DNA of 34,263 nucleotides from Perkinsus olseni (Eukaryota): NCBI GenBank assembly GCA_013115125.1, contig JABANN010000377.1, positions 1 to 34,263 of the forward strand, read 5' to 3'. Shown piece by piece: positions 22,798 to 34,105 of this stretch (position 1 is its first letter; each line of letters starts with the position of its first letter). The notes under the pieces were generated by a model. It saw only the letters and a program-made list of their open reading frames with translations, ran no database searches and was not told where the DNA came from. The position numbers and the translations under genes were made by a program.

Positions 22798-23273
22798 ATG
22801 GCCAGTCAGCAGTCCCAGCAACTCATTCAGCAGCTCTTGAAGGCTGAGCAAGAGGCCGACACCTACGTTAGCCGCGCCAGAGAGAACAGGTAAGTACCAA
22901 ACCCTTTCATACCAACCATTTCGTGATGTTCTCAACTTCAGGACCAAGAAGCTGCGTGAGGCCAAGACCGCTGCTCAGGAGGAAGTCGCCTCTTTCCGTC
23001 AGAAGGAGGAGGAGAAGTTCAACCGTGACTACGCCGTAAGCCTTCGTGTGATCTCATCTGGCTTCGAGTTTATTTCTCCTTGTCGTTCAGGCTCTCCAGA
23101 GCACTTCCGGTGGTGAGGACAAGGAGCTCGCTAAGCAGACTCAAGACGATATCGATGCCATCCATGCTGCTTACACTAAGAACTCCAAGGCCGCTGTTAA
23201 GTACATGGTCGACCGTGTCTTGGATGTGACGCCCGAGCTCAGCAGGATCCAGGTCGATGTCCTTTCCATGTAA
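22798..23273 (+). CDS. ATP6V1G: V-type proton ATPase subunit G; 3 exons
   Basis: MASQQSQQLIQQLLKAEQEADTYVSRARENR|TKKLREAKTAAQEEVASFRQKEEEKFNRDYA|ALQSTSGGEDKEL...KYMVDRVLDV. This matches the IQQLLxAExEA..ARxxRxxRLKQAK family signature. Introns 22890-22941 and 23036-23090. Confidence 0.93.
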
Positions 23274-24358
23274 AGTTCGGCGACGGACTTCAGCAACCTC
23301 ATTCTTGGCAAGAGGGTGCTATAACCAGTGGAATAGTTAAACTAGTTTTTTCCCTGTAACAGCACCATCGTAAGAGTGATTCGGTTTCAAGGAGTATTTA
23401 TAGCTCGGCACTATGTGCAGTTGCTGTATTATTAATCAATGCTGTTGTGTTGTTAGTCTCTCTACTCCGTCGAAATATAAGAGAGTGGGCTACCATTTGC
23501 TACATTCCCAGTATCGCCCCCGGGGTCGAAACTGGCAGCTCAGTGTAAGCCAGATTCTTCAGTGGGGCGTCAAGGCCATCGACGCTAGATCCCGGCACCG
23601 GTCAAGTGTTTATTATTGTATAAGGTGTCGTGCTGTGAATATCTTTGAGTGATGGGTGGAGTCACTTAGCCTTAGCTCAGGACAACAACAGACTCATAAA
23701 TGTCGCATAAAACGGGAGTATTGCTGCCTGTCGATCTTCCCTATGTACGAACTTTTTACATTTTACCCCATGAGGGTCTCGTGATACGTAAGGGACCCTC
23801 AGTAAGGGGTATATTGGGGATTATATGGTGTGCAGAGGCAGTGGAGCGGATATCGAGTTAGAGCGGGGTTCCGGAACTCGGCAACACACGAGGATGAGTC
23901 AGCAAATCTGATAGTGACTAGAGAGACAGGGATCGAGCAAGGACCTGATAGTCTTTTGAGTCAAAATCGTCTTTAATCATAAAAGTTGAAGTTCTGGTAG
24001 TAGGTAGACTAGTGGCCATCGATGTTTCAGGGAAAGATACAACTCGAACGATTTGCAAGAGTTCCCCGGACAAGAGATGGGTCGTGAGACCGTGACGATT
24101 CGAAGGCGGTACCGTGAAAGGCCACGGACTCTGTACCTATGTGCAACGGACATGGCTAAGCAAGACCTCAGTTTGGAGTTGGGGATTCGGGGCCTTCAGT
24201 CCACTCTGGAAATGTTCTCAGCTAAACTCGCACAAGCCAATGCTGGGGTCGTGCGACAATAGTAGTCGAGTACTTGACCGGTAGTCTGTCGTTGGATATG
24301 CCTAAGCGTTGCAGCCCGAGGACAACAAAACCACCCAAATAGGGTGTGTTTCCATAGG

Positions 24359-24456
24359 AACCACTGGTCTACGTCGTCGCCGCCGCTGTCTGTCTGCTTC
24401 GTCAGATAACCACTGGTCTACGTCGTCGCCGCCGCTGTCTGTCTGCTTCGTCAGAT
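24359..24456. repeat. Perfect 2x49-bp tandem duplication
   Basis: AACCACTGGTCTACGTCGTCGCCGCCGCTGTCTGTCTGCTTCGTCAGAT at 24359-24407 and 24408-24456. Confidence 0.95.
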
Positions 24457-24754
24457 GGCCCACTCAACCTTCTGTGAGTCGGTCTCCGGGCTCTCGCATG
24501 GGCCATGACAGTCCCCTAGGCGGACACTACGACCAGAAGCCCAGCCCTGCACAGGCTGATGACATAACTCAACAACGTGGAAGAAAAAAGGAAAAATTTG
24601 GCAATATTGATCTTCCAATGCTACTGATAATGAAAGTAGTCCAGAATCCACACCTAGTGGTGTCGAGATACAATGGTGTTTATGGTAATGGTACAAATGG
24701 TTACACCAATATCATCATCATCATGATGATAACAGGTTGGCGGTGGCATCATCA

Positions 24755-27700
24755 TCACTCTGCCGGGGGAACGCCCTCAAGCTCAGATGGACTGGTGTCT
24801 GAAAAAAGCGTCGATTCGAGAACAGGCGAGACAGTATGTTCAAAACTACCAATGATAAGATTGGTTTTCTTCTTCATCTTCACGTTGCTGGTCCCTTTTT
24901 GGCTGTCGCTTTCCTCTTCGCTGCTGGTGACCACTCGAGACTTCTTCTCCTCGCCACTGCTGCTAGCACCCCCACCACCATTTTCCATACTGGTAGTGTC
25001 ATCATCGAAGCCCACCATTTCGATCTCACCGTCAAACTGGGAGGTGACGGAGCCGCTGTGGCAGGACATGGAACCATTGCCAGGGTGAGGTAGCGTGTTG
25101 GTGTCCGGGCCATTGGAAGCGTTGCAAAGAGGCAGGGCTCTTGGGGGACCGGCCCACAGCATGTCGGCATGACGATGACCAGTGCGCCTATCGTCCCAAT
25201 CGGTAAAGATATCGTAGACAGACTCGACGCTGGCGATGTCGACCAAAGTATCACCAAGGCCTTCGAAGTCCTGCACTCCGCCAGGCAGCTCATGCCACAC
25301 TCTCTCGTAAAGACCGCTATACAGCACCTAACAACAGACATCGATAGTCGACAGTAGGCGCGGGACTTCTACCATCACAACTTAAGCTCTACTTCTACAA
25401 CCCCGCCACCACCACCACCACCACTATCCCATACTACCTCGGCAGCGAACAGCATGGGCTTGTCGGTCTCAGCACATCTCAGAAGGAATCGTACATTGGC
25501 CTCCATAACGTTGACCATATCTACTGCCGGTACAAGTCTTAGCTCATCGTAGTCCCCAACTTCATCATTCTCCACAGTCTCGTTGCTTTTCTCTTTATCA
25601 TCTCCCTTATCATCAGCAGCCTCACCTGTCGCAGCTCTGCCAACTGCAATGGTCTCAGCGCGGACCCTCATACCCGTCATTCCCTTCTTCGGCCTAGTGG
25701 AACCCGAGTCCTCATTAGACCCCGCATCCTCGCCGCTAGAAGTGGCATTATCACTCCCTAGGTCAGAGCTGTCCCGTCGATGATAAGCGGAGGGCGATGA
25801 GCAGGCACCATCATGATCAGCGGACCAACGGCCGGCCTGCAGTGCTGCAGCCGGCAGTTGCAGAGGGAGTGGAGGTTGGCCGCTGCCATCACCTTCTGGT
25901 GTGGCATCCTCGATAGCAGACTCGGCTGGGTCTGGATCGGCCTTGGGGCTGACAAGATACCCAAAAGCCTGACGTACCACTCCAGGACTTGTGAGGCTCT
26001 TCGAACGGTGGGGGCGACGACTTTGGGAGGATTTCCGCAGCCTTTCACGTCGTCTCGCACGATCATGTTCGGCCACCACATATTTAGGATACGTGTAATG
26101 CGCCCAAATCTTCTTCAACTTATCAAAGTCGAGTGACTTGAGATACCGTACATGTTTCGCTGTGAAGGGGCCGTCCAGTAACAGCGGGTTCTCATGCCAA
26201 ATGGCAAAGTTGTCCAAGTACTCCTGAGTCATGTCATCCCTAGGCAGCGGCCGATCACCCAAAGCGCATCCAAGGTCGAATAGCGCTATCCTACCCAATT
26301 TGTCTCGCATCATGTTATCCTCATGGGCATCAGTATCCCTCAAAGCCATAATGATAAGAGAGGCATCCCGGGCCACCTCAGGATCGACATCCCGACAATT
26401 GACGTGAGAATCAGTGGGATGCTTGGCTACAAAATCCTGTATGACGCCCTCGAAAGTGTTCCAGCTGGCCACGCACGCCTTCGGACAGTAGGCCTTCAGG
26501 TACCGCACTTCCTTCATAGCATTACCAGCGACAGCATTGCGAACAGCCTGCGTGTACTTCGGGACGTTGGGCCTCTGACTCAGCTCTTGCTTCGGGTTCC
26601 GGAAGATGAACTGTGGGTCATCGACATTTCGTCCGAGAAACAAGACACCGCCATGCAACGTCCGCACATCGCTCTCACCGTGCTTGAATGCTATCCTAGT
26701 GAGATCATTGAACTGTTGCAATCGCTTGTTCATACTGGCCTGGAGCAAGACATCCTGCCAGTCGGGCAAGTACATGACGTCCTGTCTAATGTCGAGGAAT
26801 CTTCCCATCTCGTAAGGTTGCTCTACCAAGTCCATCGATAGTACATCAGTATCTTCCATATCGTCTCCATCTTCACGCATCTCATCGTCCTCGCTCATTT
26901 CGTCATCATCCAGCCCGGATCCCGGAGACATATTCTCCCCGTCCGGTGCCACCACCTTGAAGACCTGCACCCAGCCGGCGATAAACCGATAGACGACTGC
27001 ACCCAGACCCATGAGACCCAGTAGGAACACCAAGACTATGTAATTGTGCTGGTACTTCACAGCCAGGAACTCCCTCAGCGAAGTATTGCGAGCCACGTCA
27101 TTGAGGTAATGCACCTTCTCGGGGTCCACAGTAGTCGAGCTGCCATCCGGTCCAGGCAAGCTAAGTGGTCGAATCTTGCCAGCATCGTTATATCCTCCTC
27201 CTTCCGGTAACCGTCCGAACCCACCGGGACGAGGCGGTCCTCGAGCCCCTCGTCCACCACCTCTAGCAGCACCATCATCATCTCCACCAAGGCCACCAAA
27301 GAACAGCTTGTTCGGACCATTGAGTTTGATGAAAATAGAAGCCATTTCGTCCAGTGTGACTCCCCCTTCCAATGCTAGCTGCAGCGGCTCTGGGCTCCTC
27401 CGTCTGTCCCTATACATCTGATAAGGCTCCTCGTCCATGCTAGTAGCCCTCATGTGCCGATCGCCATACGTAAAGGGTGGATACAGCTGGGGACGCCCAT
27501 CATAGGCATGAGGCATGTTAACATAGGATGGCACCGGTAACTCGTCATAGCCCGGGAACTGACAACAACAACAACGCACAGCACTCTCACTAGCAACCGA
27601 CGGCCCCTGCCCTTGCTACTACTACCTCGTGACACCACGGTCCAGCATGGGCCACCGGTACCATAGCCAACTTAGCAGGAGTATCCTGAGGGCTTACTAC

Positions 27701-28855
27701 AGCGAATACAGCAACCACTGGGGAGTCGAAGACCAAACTTATTGGCTCATCATTGTCATCTCCTCCGCCATCAGACCGACCATGACGATTGAGAGCTGGG
27801 CAACGGTTACTGTCGAATATCTTCTTATACACGCTGGTTTGGTTGTCCAGTATGCCAATGACGCTAGTCAAAGCTCGAGCCCGAGCGTTGACCTCCGTGC
27901 CAGGGAACAGATGCTCGTGAGTGACGGGTGGGAATTCCACATAGCTGGCTCGCCACACCTCCTCCGAGTCCTCGGCAGCGAGAGAGTGCAAAGCCCATTC
28001 TTGTCGGGCGAACACAAGCTTATGCTCCTTCGTGTAACGCGCGATTGGACCCGTAGGGAGGTGCCACTGGACTCTTGATGATGAGAAATCCACAGTAATG
28101 CCCCCTTGCAGTTTACTACCAGTCACATACATACCTGGGAAGGCTGGACTGTAGAATGGCGCTACGCTGACCATATCCTCCAATAGCGTTGGGAGATGAG
28201 TGAAGATCCTCTGCGATGGCGACTGTGGGTTTGGAGTCACTATATACACAGTACCGTCCAAAGCAGGGACGATCCTCGGCGTTTGAGTAGGGTCCTCCCC
28301 CGCAAAATGAGAGGCTAGGTCCCCACTACCCAACCCCTTAGCAACTGTCTCGTTGAATCGAGCATCGACGGTAGGGGAGTTGGCCTGATAGGTCCACAGC
28401 TTGGTCCCGCACCCATCAAAGGCGATGAGACGACCGTCCACCAACGATACTACAAAGTCCGTGGTGTCCTTGAACAGGTCCATCATCTCCTGCGATTCTA
28501 TAGGGTTAGGCAACGAAGACGATCCAGACTGGGAGGAGGATGATGATGATGATGCCGACGAGGAAGAAGATGAGGAGGAAGAAGAAGAAGCCGAATCTCG
28601 ATCTTGGACAACCGTTATGATATCAGGGTCCTTACAAGTGCCGTCACCAGCATCCACAAGGCCCTGAGCTTGACAGTAACCACCATCATCATCATCTTCG
28701 ACTAGTTCAGTCTCCTCAATCTCGCCGTCCATACCCGCATCTAGGGCTTCAGCCAAGGACCCTTCCGGTCCCAGGAATAGTAGTAGCAGAAGAGGGAGTA
28801 ACAGGAGCAGCAGCAGCCTTCGGCGAGCAACCCAGGCAGTTTGGCATGCGCTCAT
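24755..28855 (-). CDS. Type I membrane protein (~1307 aa): signal peptide, IRE1/PERK-like luminal domain, TM helix, divergent type II PI4-kinase-like domain; 3 exons
   Basis: Three long ORFs join in phase 0 through GT-AG introns 27559-27625 and 25328-25437. Signal peptide RRRLLLLLLLPLLLLLFLGPEGSLA. Luminal motifs VVSLVDGRLIAFD..KLWT, IVPALDGTVY, THLPTLLEDMVSVAPF, YVTGSK..ITVD. TM YIVLVFLLGLMGLGAVVY. Kinase-like motifs GVIQDFV, DTDAHEDNMM, IALFDLGCAL, FAIW..PFTAKHVRYLKSLD. Confidence 0.8.
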
Positions 28856-29249
28856 GCGGGTCCCTAAAAACTTCTCATTCTAACAAGAACAACGGCATCG
28901 TGACCGCTCGCCCCACTAAACAGCAAGTCCAGAGACGGGGAATTCAAGCGAAAGTGCAAGTATCAGATGAAGGACATGGAGCACATCAAAAAGCGTTGTG
29001 CGGATAAATGACAAGATCCATAAACCCGGTGGTTGCTATTGCCAACGATAATTCCACCGACTAAAAAGTCATGTAAATTTGCCATTGCGCTGCCTCACGA
29101 CCCCGGGCGATGACTACTTCCGTCAATGATGCGGTACTCGATAGATTGTTACAGACCGGAAGAGCGTTGCTGATCATAAACGCAAAGCAGCGTGGCCTTC
29201 ATCATGAAACTCATATGACGGAGACGGGTCTTATAAAGTTAACGCCAGC

Positions 29250-29792
29250 TCAACTACTGGGGCAATTGCGTGCCAAATGCCCGGGCTGTCCACAGTTGAA
29301 GCAGTTCCTTCCCCCTCCACCTGAGAACAGTCACCCTCGCGAGAGGCGAGGACGAAGGGCTCTTACGGTTCGTATTCTCCTTGCCATTCTCATCATTAGG
29401 GCAGTCACGTGCGAGGTGTCCAGGCTGACCGCAACGGAAGCAGTTCCTGGTGTCAGCGGATGGGCAGTCCCTGGACACGATCACGATCATGACGACGACC
29501 ATTTTCGCCGTTATTAATGCACTACCTTGCGAAGTGGCCAACTTTCTGGCACTTGAAGCAAGGCCTCTCATTGGTCTGCTCATTGGGGCAGTCTCGAGCG
29601 AGGTGGTCTGGCTGCCCACAGTTGTAGCAATTCTGTGGGCGACGACGCGCTTGCTGAGACCACGGAGATCGGCAACCACCACACGGCGGATTAACGTACC
29701 GCATCATCCTCAAATCTTCGAGGGCAGTCCCTTGCAAAGTGCCCCTGCTCATTGCATAGGAAGCATGTCTGAGAGTGGACGGCAGCGGCCAT
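29250..29792 (-). CDS. CNBP/UMSBP-like small nucleic-acid-binding protein with five CCHC zinc knuckles; 4 exons
   Basis: MAAAVHSQT-CFLCNEQGHFARDC..CYNCGQPDHLARDC..CFKCQKVGHFAR|DC..CFRCGQPGHLARDC..RGGGRN-CFNCGQPGHLARNC-PSS*. Three GT-AG introns restore the frame. Confidence 0.93.
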
Positions 29793-30019
29793 ATTAACAG
29801 GAGACTCTGAAGTGCTGAGAGACTGGATGGACAGAGGATGGGGATTCAATCCTTAGAACGCAGGAACGCAATTGAGGAAATGCAAGATCATGTAAGTAAG
29901 CAAGCTGATCTTCAATCGCTGTTCGACCGCGCCCGATACCATAATTTTCCCTACTCCCCTGCCGGACTATATTCTTCGATAGTTCTGAACTCAATCATCC
30001 TCACTGCACTATTGTAATA

Positions 30020-32782
30020 ATGTCAACAACAGTCTCTACGTCACATTTCGTCACAGGGCGGTCGTCGTTTCTGACCCATTTATCTCGAATTTTGCTTTTG
30101 ACGGCCGCCTTGTCTTGCACCATTGTCAACGGCGATTCCCCTCTGTCTAATTTACGTGGAGAACTCACTTCCGATGCATCGTCCTTGCCCGGATTCGGGC
30201 CCGTTACGCAGCTCCCTGGGTACCAACCATTTCCTAACTTTCCCCTAAACCAAGCTGCCGGTCAGGTACGACCACTCGTTGCCTGAGGGAACGCAAGCAG
30301 GCTATCTGCCTCTTTATAAGAAGCACAAGCAATGTAGCATAGCCGAGCGGCCTCTGCCTGCTTTGATAGCATCTATCCTCATCAGGTGTCACGGCGATTT
30401 ACTTCACTCTAGTACCCAGCGCCGATGACCCTAACAAGGACCCTGTGGTTTTCTGGTTGCAGGTGGGTCATGGCCTAGGGTCTAGTTAAGATGCCCGGTT
30501 TGCTTAGGGTGGCCCTGGTACTTCGGGACTTATTGGATTCTTCCTCGAAAACGGCCCAGTAAGAGCAGTGCAGGCTGAGGGGAAGCTGGTTGAAAACAGC
30601 CAATCTTGGCATAAAAATGCAACGTGAGCACAGCATGCATAAGAGCAGCCAGGCGAGGTACTTGTACATGTCAGATATATAGTGGCGGATCAGCCCGCAC
30701 CAGTTGGTATGAGCTTCGTCACGGACGACAGATGTCTTCCCGAAAGCGAAGACGAGGCCATAAGAAATCTCGGCGACTCGGTAATGATCGGTCCCATAGC
30801 ATTTGTCTTTCACGGAGCCCTATCTCAGATAAGCCTGCTATTGCGGAGTTACTTCCCTCACCTCAAGAAGCTGCCGTTCTACGTGTTTGGAGAATCATAC
30901 GGAGGAAAGTAGTACTTGGTGGTGGTGGTGGGCGGCTCCCGGTGAACTTTACCTTGCCTCCCTTCTCGAGCGTGGATCGGGTGGACGGTCGCCCTTATTT
31001 TTCATTGTACAGGATTAGATCTTTCCGGTCACTGCTGCATGGCCACAGCTGCCACAGTTCTCTAGTCTCGCCTCCTTTACTGTCCTCCACCTTGCCACTA
31101 ATATCCTCTATATTGTTTGTAAAAGGTTAGTTGTCATTATATTCTCACAACCCGGTGTAACAAAGCCGGGCATCACCGAGTCCGTCTCACGGCGGCACTG
31201 ATCTCCGAACCTGGACAAAAGTTACCTCCATAGTACTTAGTAGAGGTGAACCCTTCGACACCGGGCCATTACGGCTCGTACTCGGTCAAGCGCGATCCTT
31301 GAGGCTCGATGCCAAACCTGTTCATGGACTTTCCTGGGTCACTTCAAGGTACGTGCCGGAGCTGGCCGTCGACCTGCGAGAGCGCCACCCCTGGGTCAAT
31401 CTGCAGGGTGTTGGTGTTGGCGATGGCTGGGTGGACCCTCCCACGCAGCAGATGACCTACAAAGAATTCGCGTAGGGCTTATTAAGATCTACCACTCCCC
31501 GGCAATCCGCTACTATTTGCCAGGTTTCAACACGGGTTGATAAACGGTCCCGATGCTGCGGAGGTCGAGAAGCTCGAGCAGGAATGTCTTGACGCCCTCG
31601 AGGAGACGACCAGGTATGCCGCGATAATCATCGTCGTCCCGAGTTGACCTCTGGATACTCAGCGTGGAAGCATGGCGAAGGGCCAACGACGTGTGCTCAA
31701 GAATTGAAGATCATATTGTTAATAACAGCCGAGTCAATATGTGAGTCGAGGAGGGTGTCGTCACAGTAAGGTTAAAAATTATGGTTTCACGCCTAGGTAC
31801 GACGTCAGGCTCTATGGTGATTATGATAATGTTGTCTTGACCCAGTAAGATGGGCTGGAGACGCCACTCGTATGTGCGGTTCAGTAGCTTGCAAAGATTA
31901 ATTTGATCGTCCCTCGCTACAGGTCAATTCTGGTGCAAGCGAGAGATCTCTCATCCGCAGATACCTTCGCGATCCAGAGGTTCGCGTAGCAATGAATGTC
32001 GACCCTAGGGCAGCCCCTTGGTCTGAGGACAATGCTGTGATAGCGTAGGATTAGTGGCGCCCCTCCCTTGTCAATAGCGGTGGCGGCTAGGTACATCTTA
32101 GCCGGTTGGGAGCAGAGATCGGCTGCCCATCTCTATACCCAGCTACTGCAGAACAGCACTCGAACGCTACTGTACAACGGCATGTATGACATGGACTGTA
32201 ACATGATAGGCACAGCCAGATGGATGCGTGAGTCCTTCGACGATGCTGTTGGTCGGGAACGCCGACAGCTGTTAGTTAAGATGGACTGGGAGCTCATAGA
32301 AGAGTTCAAGCAGACGAAACGGAAGCCGTGGTCAATCAAGCGTGAGAAGGTTGCGAGGGAGCTGACTCCTGGAGAGAACGGTGGAACGCCACATGAGGTG
32401 GAGGATATAGTAGTGCGGGCCGGTTTCTTCAGTGCACTATAGAAGAGGCTTTTTTCAGGTTGGAGGTTTCGTCGAGGTTGGCGCCCTAACGCATGTGGTT
32501 ATCAACCAAGCGGGTCATTTGGTAAGCTTCAAAGTGACTACTGCGTCCACACAGTATGGTCTGCTGTCGAGGTGCCCATGGACGTCCCCCACATAGCGTC
32601 TCATATGCTCTACTCCTTCACGAGGAACTGCTCCTTCTCTGATGATGCATGCCGTGATGGCCTCACCGAGATGTCAACAGCAGAAGCACGAGCTCCTGAG
32701 GCGATGGAGCTGGTAAGTATTAACACCAGCTCTTCAGCTGGAGTTGAAGTATTGGTAACTCTATCAGGTACCGGCTGCGTGA
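30020..32782 (+). CDS. Serine carboxypeptidase (peptidase family S10), secreted or lysosomal; many exons
   Basis: Signal-like RILLLTAALSCTIVNG; DPVVFWLQ|GGPGTSG..FLENGP; DQPAPVGMSF; nucleophile motif GESYGGK|YVP; NLQGVGVGDGWVDP; catalytic Asp region YNGMYDMDCN; catalytic His region AGHL|VPMDVP. Confidence 0.93.
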
Positions 32783-33376
32783 AAGGCTTCTATACAGTAC
32801 TGGGATATCCTGCTGGGCAACTCTTGATTTTACTGTCAATGAAGTCCACACCGACCCCAATGTACCGGGATCTACCACTTCACTGTGTTTGAATGATCAG
32901 ATTGTGAACACCGGATTGCTGCTCTTTATCCTGCTTGTGTTGCGTCATAATGCTCATCATCCAGTGCCTTGCTACATTCCCCTTCTTTACGCATCTTCCT
33001 GTACTAACGAACGTTGTACTCTGCGACTCGCATTGGGGCGCGTTGAATGGCCACTACCCAGAGAGTCCGATTCATACCCTTGCGCTATGCCCCTGTGCAC
33101 GCGTGCAAAGGCACCTCCTAAGCAAGCCTCGCACCTAGGCCCTTCTTTTTCCCGCGAACAACCCCTTATACGCGAGCTCACGCTTCATGACTAACAGATA
33201 AGTAACAGACGGTCGTCATTGGCGGCCTAACTTCCGATCTAAACCCCCTGATGCACATCTCGCTCGCCCGGCTCCACGTATTTTACGCTGTAGGAACGGC
33301 GCCCCTTGCTAGCGCAATCCCGCGCTTCTCCTGCGAAAGCAGCTTTCCCGCTCGTTGTCATCCAACAAGATCAACG

Positions 33377-34105
33377 ATGTCGTCTGAATGTACTCCTATC
33401 TCCTCTACCGTGGCTACCACCCTGAGTGGTGGCGAGTCTCCGGTGATGAATCGTCAAAGAACTTCTTCAAGTGGCGGAATCTCCAGCAGTGCTGGGAGCT
33501 CCTACGGTTCTCGCCGTGGTACTTTCGCGAAGATCCGCTTATGCAAGTTCTATGAGCACGGCCTTTGTTGGCACGGTGACGATTGCGCCTACGCACATGG
33601 TGAAGACGAGCTAAGACGCCCGCCAGATCTTCGCAAGACCAAACTTTGTCACCAGTTCCGTCTTGGGAGATGCTCACAAGGCTCTGACTGTCCGTACGCC
33701 CACGGTAGATCAGAACTTCGCTGCACCCCTGAGGTCTATAAGACTTCTCTCTGTCGCTTCTGGTTGAAAGGGAAATGTGGAGCGACCGAGAACTGCAGGC
33801 ATGCTCACGGAGAGGCTGATCTTCGTGGCGGCCAGACTGGGTCGAGTTCCCCCTCGGCGACTGCTCCTTCGGTTCAGTCGGCAGTATCGCTCTCTATCGA
33901 CGGTCGAGTGGTTCCACCTGATTCTGTGGGCACCGATTCGGACGATACCGACAAGCTGACAGAGAAGCTCTATCATCTCATTGACGAGCTAGCTACTTGT
34001 CCAGAACTCAAGCACATGTCGACCTACTTGCGTAGCTGCTACGCCGTAGCACCAGTATGGTGTGAAATGGATCATCTTTGTTGCCATGACGATACCAGCG
34101 TCTAG
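33377..34105 (+). CDS. Tandem CCCH zinc-finger (TIS11/ZFP36-like) RNA-binding protein, intronless; an upstream ATG at 33251 is also in frame
   Basis: Three C-x7-C-x5-C-x3-H fingers with lead-ins AKIRLC, RKTKLC and YKTSLC, each followed by AHG..[ED]LR. Confidence 0.92.
   Translation: MSSECTPISSTVATTLSGGESPVMNRQRTSSSGGISSSAGSSYGSRRGTFAKIRLCKFYEHGLCWHGDDCAYAHGEDELRRPPDLRKTKLCHQFRLGRCSQGSDCPYAHGRSELRCTPEVYKTSLCRFWLKGKCGATENCRHAHGEADLRGGQTGSSSPSATAPSVQSAVSLSIDGRVVPPDSVGTDSDDTDKLTEKLYHLIDELATCPELKHMSTYLRSCYAVAPVWCEMDHLCCHDDTSV

Noticed and set aside
24309-25088. 259-aa plus-strand ORF
   Set aside because: Non-ATG start, largely the antisense shadow of the low-complexity last exon of the minus-strand gene, and it runs through a 49-bp duplication.
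29250-29792. Retrotransposon gag zinc knuckles
   Set aside because: The gene has three spliceosomal introns, and there is no capsid, protease, RT, integrase or LTR nearby.
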